NCBI GenBank assembly: GCA_951406725.2
Contig: OX597830.1
Coordinates: 5,704,001-5,768,000 of the forward strand
Direction of reading: 5' to 3'
Length of the DNA: 64,000 bases
Source: Octopus vulgaris
Lineage: Eukaryota
The notes under the pieces are model-generated. The model was not told the origin of the DNA. It searched no databases and was given only the letters and a program-made list of their open reading frames with translations. Shown piece by piece: positions 53,793 to 64,000 of this stretch. The translations under genes and the position numbers were made by a program. Every line of letters begins with the position of its first letter. Position 1 is the stretch's first letter.

Positions 53793-54674
53793 ATTCAGTG
53801 GGGTAGTGTTGTGTAATATATATATGTATGTATGTGTATGCGTGTATATGTATATGTACACCAGTTATTGATGGCTTGATGTAAAATAGTGAATACACCG
53901 TTGAAAAGTTTGTGTCAATATACTCGGTAAATAGTGAATACACCGTTGGAAAGTTTGTGTCGATATACTCGGAAATTCGTGGCTTGTGTGTGTGTGAGAG
54001 TTCAGTGTAATTAGTACAATCTAATTAGTACAATCAGGATGAGCGGTGTGTTTGATACAGATCAAGAAAAAAGAATTGTACTCACGGGACTAGTTTTAGA
54101 ACTAGTCTTGGGTTTAGTATTTAGTTTTGGGTTGTTCCTCTTTCTTCAGGTTGTATATAGATTTGTATAAATTTATCCTCCGATGGTAGTAAAAGAGTAG
54201 TATAGTAGGATTGTAGAGTTCAAAAATCTTGAGATGAAAAACAAGGAGAGATTATGTTAGCTTGAGTTGAGTTAAATTGAGTTGAAAAATGCTTCTTTGG
54301 TTAGTTACTGACGGGAGCTATAAAATGTACGTCTTGTCACGACGACTGCTGACTGCTTCTGCTGACTGCTTATCCTATATATCTAAAAAAAAATGTACTC
54401 GGCTGTTCAGAAAGTAAATTTGCCTTTCATCCCTCAAAGATCGATAAGTGAAACTTAGGGCGATCGTGAGCTGACACTTTGTTAGCGCAGATTTTCTCAA
54501 GCTGTGACGTGCCGCCGTCTTAAATATGTAGATCTCACATGGTTACTAAAGACAAGAAGGGCAATAGCGGGCAACAGCTTCATCTTCTAATTTCCCTATT
54601 TCCAAAAATATTTTCAATTTTCATTCCAGGTAAAAATCATCTGTGAATATTATTAACATCTGGAAAAAAAAACA

Positions 54675-55280
54675 GCAGTGAGCTGGTAGAATGGTTGGCA
54701 CGCTGGGTAATATGCTTAGTGGTATTTCGTTCGTCTTTCCGTCCTGAGTTAAAATTCTGGCGAGGTTAACTTTGCTTTTCGTCCTTTCGGCATCGATTTA
54801 AAGAATACCAATTGAACACTGGGGTCGATGTAATCAACTTACCCACTCCCCTAAATTTACTGGCCTTCTGCCAAAATTTGAAATTAATGTTAGTGTCTGG
54901 AAAAAATGTCGGCGAGATGGCAGAATCGTTACCGCACCGGGCGAAGTGCTTAATAGCATTTCGTCCGTCTTTTTGTTCTGTGCTCAAATTCCGCCGAGGT
55001 CGAGTTTACCTATTATCCTCTTGGGGTTGATAAAATAAGAACGACTTCCAGCGATTACCGCCTACCTTCTCTGTCTCAGACCGGTAGTACTTATGGTCGT
55101 TCGGTCAAGTCTATTCTCGCAGGGGTTGTCGTGGTGACACTTTCTGCGACAGTTTATATGCTACCAAAGTCGCATTTGCTTTTATCCTTTCGGAATTTCG
55201 ACAAAAGATAATGTGCTGAACACAGGGGTCAATGGCTTCGACTAGCACCCTCCACCAATAGGGTGCAAAAATTAGAAACA
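54675..55280 (+). mobile_element. Cluster of degenerate SINE family A copies
   Basis: Heads at ~54675 and ~54910; body fragment at ~55170. Confidence 0.7.
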
Positions 55281-57267
55281 AAGAATATTAGTGTTTCAAA
55301 AGTTGCTTTTACAATGCGTGTTATTTTGATGAAATGACTGATGTGCAAATATTGTTTTAATGGTGATCAACCTGTCAGAAAGTAATTTCTTGTTCAGTAT
55401 TTGAGTTTCTGGACTCGCAGCAATGAAGCGTTGAATGAGTGTTAGAAAAAGGAAAAAGAACGATAGTCCAAGAAACGTGAGAATCCCTGCATTAGAACGG
55501 CGAGAAATATGCCTTGCTGTTCTTGCAGTTCTTTGCATTCTGAGATTCGATCCCATCTAGATTGGATGGTATCCACTTATTCCATCACACTCTTCTAATA
55601 CCACCACTTGATCTCAAGATCCTTTCATGCAGCAGATATTCGGTTCATGTCACTAGTAGGAGGATCACTTCTACCACCATCTCAGAAGATTTGTTGTGTG
55701 TTGAAAAAGATTTGTTATATCTTGGTATTGCTTGCCATTATGCCAAAAATATCTACACACACACTGGTTCCATTTCACTTCTTAATTATTTATTAACTAG
55801 TTAACTAGTTAACCAACTCGCTACTTGAGTGATTATTTGTTTAATGAATGTATTTTATTGAATAACCAAATTGTTGAGTAAAGAGTCAATGAAAAAAAAA
55901 GCGATTGAAATAGAACCAGTGAGTATGTCTTCATTGTTTGCATAACGATCCACCCGATATACAACAAAAACTGGCCATATTTATCTTGGAATCAAACAGA
56001 AGGAAGACGCTTCTACAAGAAAGGAAACCGGGAAAAAAACTAATTGAATCGAACGACTTCTCGTATTCCTTATGTGAGGGTGACAGCAAGTGTGACAGAA
56101 TGATGAGTTGTAGAAAGGCCGATTATTATATCTGCGATTTGAAGAAAAGCTAGAAGAGGGAAGTTTTTGACAGCGCAACGACTATAGAAATGTCTAAAAA
56201 GGTAATATCTTGGGATGAAGAAGGATTAGAAATTTACCAGTGAAAATGGCAAACACCCTGGAAGGAATAAAGAAGACCGGAAAGAGCCACCAATAGAAAA
56301 TGCACAATAATATTTCATTAACGATTACTTTTAATTAAAAAGAAATGACTTAGGTTACCACATCACGTAAGCCAGTAATCACCTTTACTATAAAGATTCC
56401 ATGCAGCAGGCGACAGCAGGTATTTTTCTCTCGCCATTCTTTTATATTATAATAACATTCAACAATGGAAGAGATTTCAAGCAAAAATTTGATGGCGGCC
56501 ATTTTGCGAAACGTGGTAACGTGCTAACGATGAATAATACATTACATGCGACAGCGAATGAGATTTACGAGATAGGCTAAACAAGTCAAACAGTGAAGTT
56601 GATTATATGAATAAATAAATACTTGAAAACATATAGAAAATATATGAACGATATTTTGTTTTTAATGTTGACAAAGAAGATAAAGTGTTGAATACTGGAA
56701 ATAATTCGGAAGTAATATACGGAGGCTTCAATATCTGTTTACAGTTAAACATGCGTTCACACACATACACGTAGAATCACATACATACACACATGCATAT
56801 ATATACAAATATATACACACACTGACACAGATACAAATATATGTGTGAGGTGCGTGTGTGCGGTAGGTTGTGTTGTGAGTGTGTGTGTGTCTGTGTATGT
56901 ATATGTATTCATGTATGAATGTGGGTGTTTGAGGATGCACAACAAAGGGGGTAAATTTAAATACGTATACACAGAGACATATGTATGTGTATATGTTTGT
57001 ATGTAACTATGTATGTATGGCTGTCTGTCTGTATGTATGTTTGTATGTATAAACAAGTGAGTGTACATAAATAATATACGCACGTACGTATGGATGAGTG
57101 TGTCTGTGACTGTTTACGTAAGAAGGGAAACAAATTCAGTGATATACAATGAAGTTAAATATACACACACATATATGTCTGTGTGCGCATGTATATGAAT
57201 GTATATATATATGTGTGTGTATATATATATATATATCTATATATATACATGTATATATATATATGAG

Positions 57268-57319
<52 letters not shown>

Positions 57320-57352
57320 GTGTAGTCATATGTAAACATATAAATACATAAA

Positions 57353-57391
<39 letters not shown>

Positions 57392-58957
57392 CACACATAT
57401 ATTCACACACACACACGGCCATTCTATTATTTCCACTCATTATGCTAGAATATAATGTTTGTGTTTCTATATTTACACACTCATTTATTGAGCATATTAT
57501 AGCGTTTTGTAGCAATGTGGTCATTGTGTGTTTCTGTCTATGTATGTGTGTGTGTGTGTTTACATGTATATATGCATGAATAGATACAAGTATATATGTA
57601 TATATATATGCATGTATATGTATACGCATATGTGTATAATATGTGTATGCTTGTTTGTATTGTGAAAAAGAGAGAGAGAGAGACGTGGAGAAGGAAAGAG
57701 AGGGTTCAGTTTAGTTTGCATTCGAAAGAGGAGGAAGCTGATGATGAGGTATTGTATCTCTTCAAACGAATATTTTATTAAATTTGCTAATCCAATATTT
57801 ACGAAAAGAAATTAAATAAAAAAAACCGATGTTGTGGTGGTGGGCAGAGAAAATACGGGAAATATCATATAAACAAAATAAATTACACGTACATCGCCAT
57901 ATGCAAATACACGTAAACACATACCCGCACATCCACGCATGCACCGACACACACACACACAGATACACAAACACACTTACACACACACAGCCACACACAT
58001 ACACACATACGCACATGAACATGCATATAGAGTAAGTGAAAGAGAGAGAGAGAGAGAGAACGAGGGCGATAAAGGTATATCCTGAAAACCTAATCGCCAT
58101 ACCACTCTTCGTATTTATCAGATTTTCGAAGTAAATTATTTGAAGTAACGATATTATTCATGTATAAATTTCCAGAAATCTGCTAACAGATGGAGGCACC
58201 AATACCCAGAATTAATTATATTTATATTCTGCGATGGAAGTAGTGTTCTGACTTTCTGTAAAAGTGAAATGTTTAAGTTTTGTTGGAGCCAGACTAAGAT
58301 GAGTGTCTGTCATCAACCGGCCCCATTTTGTGACTGAAAATGGAGTATGATGAAGCTGTTTGAAGAAAGGATTGTAGATGTGAACCAGGTACTTCTTTGC
58401 GAGTATGGCAAGTCAGATGAGCAGGAGTTCACAGTTTGAAATGTGCTGTTGATCTGAGATGGACTTACGATCGAATAAATCAGTGGATCCAGTTGGTGGA
58501 TCCTTGCATCAATGGGTGGTGAGTTTGCGCTGTAAAGCCGTGGAGAGGAAGATCCTCAAACCATGATCTTGCTCTCTTACTAAATCTGAACTGTTCTGGT
58601 GATCAGTGTGCGGAGCTCTAGATTGACAGAATTAGCACCAGGAACCTCTCTGCAAATCTCTATTCTACGTCGAGGCCAGTGATCAGGGATTCCGGTGTAA
58701 GAGATAAATGTATTTCCCTGTGGAATAAAAAGACACTGGTGCCTAAGCGTACAGATTCATTGGTGAGAAATACAAACGAAGACTTTGATACGTTTTCTAT
58801 TTGTGACAATATATAACTAATATTTCGATAACAGAACACGACGCCTGACGAAGTCAATGAAAGGATGGCACTTCAAAGTTGCTACAAACATTTTCTCTTT
58901 GATTCATATATGCAAATATGCATACATGTGTATGTGTGGTGTGCGTGTGTGTGTATC

Positions 58958-58990
<33 letters not shown>

Positions 58991-59271
58991 AGGTACACAC
59001 CTCCAAAGAGAAACTAATGTATTTGAAATACAAAATCACGTCAAAAAGAAAACAACATAATCATTTTCTAAAAGGAGGGATTTTTCATTCAGAACGAATA
59101 CGTGGAAGGAAATATGTGTTGGTATAGCGGTTTGGAAAAAAAAAGACCGAGGGAGCAATTACCAGGATTTAAAAATGTACTGGGTTCGACACATTCGAGT
59201 AAAACTTCTTGAAGCGGGTGTCCCAGCATGGCCATAGTCTAATGGCTGCAAGAAGTAAAAGATAAACGATA

Positions 59272-59327
<56 letters not shown>

Positions 59328-59349
59328 ATGTATAAAATCAATATATGCA

Positions 59350-59965
<616 letters not shown>

Positions 59966-59986
59966 TTTGCGTTATACATACATACA

Positions 59987-60058
<72 letters not shown>

Positions 60059-60527
60059 TTAAGGGTAAGATCCAGAGATCCAAGTGAGGGAAGCTTGTAA
60101 GCTGCAAGGAGTCTGTGTCCGGTATAGAAAACAAAAATTGGACAGTGTACGTTCAGAAACGATAACGATTTTTGACATCGAAGGTTACATACGGTTAGCA
60201 AGAGTTGCTATGAATGCCAATAAAAATTTACATTGAGGTGTGGAACGTGTAAAATCCAGGCTTCATATGTTTTTTACTTTATTTAGCAGATCCTCGGATG
60301 TAATTATTACTGAATGTGAGATACGCAACTTAGCTAATCATCAAGCTGAGAATAAAGTTGTAATGAAGTTTACAGTGTCGCTTGGAATTTCCATTTTAAC
60401 TCACCGCAGAAGTGATTTGAATGTTGATTAGCTAAACTGGGTAACCCACGCGGAGAGGATCAGTTAGCTAACAAAAATATGTAACCCGGATTTTACCCAC
60501 TCCACTCTCTCTCTCTCTCTCTCTCTG

Positions 60528-60574
<47 letters not shown>

Positions 60575-60580
<6 letters not shown>

Positions 60581-60682
60581 GAATGGAGTTGAACGACGAT
60601 TTAACAAAATTCCTTTATTCTCGACATATGTTTCGAGAATAAAGGAATTTTGTTAAATCGTCGTTCAACTCCATTCTTTCAT
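60575..60682. repeat. Perfect hairpin with 50-bp arms and an 8-nt loop, next to (TA)n
   Basis: 60575-60624 is the exact reverse complement of 60633-60682; loop catatgtt. Confidence 0.92.
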
Positions 60683-60835
60683 TTATTTGTATTAAAAAAA
60701 CACACAAATTTCCACACGAAAGCACGTGATCTCTGCCCTTGGCATGTAGCTTCAACCGTGTTTTTCTGACGTGAATTTGCTACCTGGGTATCGGTTAACC
60801 GAATTATCCATACTAGGATAATCCATTCAACTACT

Positions 60836-60905
<70 letters not shown>

Positions 60906-62071
60906 GAGAATGAGAGAGTAGCCATTATCTTTGCAAGCACTGGTAACATTTTTCTTCTAGAATTTATGTCTTCTACTATATAGTGTTGAATAATCCTTAA
61001 CTTCAATGTTAAATTGTTCCTACATAAAACTTGGCACAAAAACAGTAATACGTATATTCTCCACACACTAGACGCTCCTTAAACTGTGAGGCCAGGTCAC
61101 CGAATATAAATTGGTTATATCAATCACTTCAAATATTTACCCGTAATAATCTTTGTTTCAATATTTAACGGTTCAAAGATTTTTTTAAGCCTATTTTGTC
61201 AAACAATTTACATAATCGAAAAAGGTTTTTAGAACCCATAAAAATCCATAATTGGATTTCATTTAATTTCTTTCTTCTTAAAATATAAATATTATTAGGA
61301 TTTTACGGATAAAAGCGATTAAAAATTTAGGTTAAACTTGCCTCAATTTATGAATTATTTCTAAAAGCCAAAATTAATTTGTTTCGCATTTCAGTGCCTA
61401 AGCCGTATCAAAGGCTTTGTAAACCGTTAGCTATTTTATTTCAGGAAAACATTAATGATATAATAGCAATAATCTGTTGTTTTTTTATTTTCTATTTCCT
61501 CTCTTTGATGTTGTATTTCTGTTCGTTTCATTGTTACCATTTCACATCAACATTCGGCTTTCCGTACTCGTTCCATTTCTTTCCTTCTTTCGACGATGAT
61601 GTATGTTTGTAATAATTATGATTATTTTTAGAATAAAACCTGGAAACCATGGCATCCTATGACGGTTTACATTAGTTGGAAAAATGTTAACTAATAACAG
61701 AGTTCACGAAAAGTTACTTGTACAACGGTTTAAATCGCTACTCTTCTATTGAAAATAAAGAGAGAATTATATCTTAATTCTTCACTCCACAAATCTCTAT
61801 TTATTTTCTTTGAAATTTACGCTTCCATTTCTACTGCTCCCCTGAATGTTAAATCATGGAATGAGTCTGAATTTTACCCAAAATGCAATACAACCCTAAT
61901 TCCATTAATTATTATCCATCTTGAATAATTTTTTATCAATAACTTTAATTTAAGAAACCAATTGTGTAATCAACGGAAGAATTTTTATTTGTAATTTATA
62001 TAGACCCTAACTTCATTTTTGTCCCACATTCTTTTCAAGATATGAGTATGTGTATGTATGTATGTGTGTGT

Positions 62072-62112
<41 letters not shown>

Positions 62113-62224
62113 TTTCTGTCTTTCATCTTTAATTTTTCTTGCTTCAGTCATTACAAGAATGGGGAATTTTCGTCAAACGATCGACTGCAGTAGCTATTAT
62201 TTATAGTCTTTGTACAACTTCTAA

Positions 62225-62839
62225 CGCTGGTGATGTACAACGGTATCAGCTGTTCACTTCCAGTGAACTATGCTAACACTCCTTATTTTTCGAGCACGAT
62301 CGGGAGTATTCGAGTGGTTCCAAGCAGTGCTGTTTTCTGCAAGTACTCCATCCTTATTGCAGCCCCTATTTGTTACATGTACTTCTCAAGACTTTTACTC
62401 ACTCTTCCCAGGGCTCCAAAATTATTGATACTACTACCACCTTTTTCATCGACCACAACTGCTTAACTTCCCAGGCTAACCTATCATATCTATCGATTTT
62501 TCTTTTTTCCTTATCGCATACCTTGTTGTCAGCAGGGCATGATATATCTATGATCCAGCATTCTCTATTAACACTATATCTGGTTTCCTATACTCTATCT
62601 CGTGATCGAACTGAATCATAAAATTCCACAGGACCTTTGCATTATCATTTTCGACGATGCCTTCTGTTTTATGTTCGTACCACTTTTTTGCTCTGTCAAG
62701 TTCATATTTGTTGCAAAGTATCCAATGGACAATCCTTACTATATTGTCATGAGGTGTCCTGTATTGTTTCTGGGCTAGTGGCGTACATTGACTAGTAATA
62801 TGCCATACGGTTTCACCATTTTGTCCACAGATTCTACAC

Positions 62840-62909
<70 letters not shown>

Positions 62910-63950
62910 GTCGGATTTTACCAGTTATCTTCAGGATATTGTTAGAGTTGCGAATTTTTGGGAGAGTGTCACGTTCATTCATACTAGATTCTTTAATTTT
63001 CAGATGATCTTATTTTTTAGATCATCTAGTTCAGTGGGGTCAATTTGTGTGTGACTTTCTTCATCTATTTGATTTTCATCTGCCTTCGTGTTTATGGTTG
63101 GTTCAGAGAGTGTTGCTCTTTGCCTATCAATTACATTAACTCTTTCAATCTTTACTGTATTTCCATCAGACCTGGGTTGGATTATAATTATTTCCTCTGT
63201 AGTAACTTCTTTAGCTGCAACTTCGTTCCTTTCATTCTTTACTGATTGTTTAATTTGGTCAATCTCTAATTCAGTCAGTAATTTCTGTTTCATAATATTT
63301 CTTCTTGCGTTGGCAAGTTTGTTACTGTTTATGTAGGATCTTACTTCAAGGTTTTTCTGTTACCACATTAGGTAGGGTTGTTCAGTATTAGATTTATTTT
63401 TGGGGAAATACATGACATGACAGAAGGCCTTACGAACTTCTTTATTATCTTCCCTTGACCGTTTTTCATTCTTTTTTCTTTTGGTTATTTGATGACGAGC
63501 GTTGATGGCCATCTTTTGGAATACCACGGTCGTGGGGTAATTACAGCTGCTGTGTTTCGGGAAGACTTGAACCAGTAGCTGATTTTTCGTACCCAGTCTG
63601 GTTCCTCACTGGGGTGCGCGGCCCCGAGTGACAGCCGATCCGGTTTGTATTTTGCTTTGTCATCGCTGAGGCATGACGATCTTGGACGTTGACATTAGGG
63701 GACGGATCTGTCGGTTTAGTGTTAATTTTTTGAGACAACACCGCCTCCGATTTCTCTGAATAAAAACATTGCTCGTAAAGTAGCTTCTTTAAGCTAACAG
63801 ATCTGTATTCGTTTGTGTGTGTATATTTTTTTGCTGATAGATTTATCTCCAGGCATAGTTTTTGTGGTGTTTTTAAACTCATGAATTGCCCACTCTATCT
63901 GTGTTAGTACTCTGTCAGATTCTAATACTCCTAGATACTTATAACTCTCT
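62225..63950 (-). mobile_element. R4/Dong-like RLE LINE: N-terminal part and CCHC+RLE 3' part joined by (AAT)n, RT absent
   Basis: CRICGQNGETVWHITSQC, HDNIVRIVHW, VLWNF.IQ.D..IEYRKPDIV, LQKTALLGT; upstream LANARRNIMKQKLLTELEIDQIK. Confidence 0.8.
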
Positions 63951-64000
63951 CCTCCTTTAAATGATTTTGGCCATCTAGTAATTGGATGCCTTTGCTGTTG

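Larger units (their letters stand above)
49463..54370 (-). mobile_element. Near full-length APE-RT LINE, probably Proto2 clade
   Basis: 5'UTR with tandem repeats, ORF1, APE+RT ORF2, 3' hairpin GACCAA-TCT-TTGGTC and (ATCTAAGTTT)2 tail. The clade call is from memory of motifs (RRERY, C-terminal PD.P...GY..NSLL). Confidence 0.85.

Noticed and set aside
53883-53972. Two ~45-bp direct repeats (also a 43-bp duplication at 49566-49651)
   Set aside because: Tandem duplications inside the LINE with no spacers; not CRISPR-like.
58190-58700. Possible decayed LINE fragment
   Set aside because: No diagnostic motif could be recovered by eye.
58840-58872. CTGACGA...GAAA
   Set aside because: Stems II and III cannot form.

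Overview
AT-rich, microsatellite-dense eukaryotic DNA, almost entirely repeats. The SINE families, the mariner/Tc1/LINE mix and the (AT)n/(CA)n/(AAT)n load suggest an octopus (coleoid) genome; that assignment is inference. I cannot support any host protein-coding exon, and most ORFs in the track are microsatellite artefacts. Supported features: two Tc1 and three mariner elements (TIRs, degenerate transposases); a near full-length LINE with a Myb/SANT + CCCH-finger ORF1 (probably Proto2, 49.5-54.4 kb); CR1, RTE, R4/Dong-like and Hero-like LINE fragments; a Penelope-type GIY-YIG remnant; many tRNA-derived SINEs; and a full-length U6 copy. Best leads: (1) a U6-SINE chimera flanked by one target-site duplication; (2) several inverted-repeat elements carrying minimal type I hammerhead ribozyme motifs, one with a tRNA-like Pol III head; (3) a Tc1 with a 5'UTR intron and an ETS-CRE composite motif; (4) an RTE C-terminus with three C2H2 fingers. 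All structures and coordinates were read by eye, with no database search.
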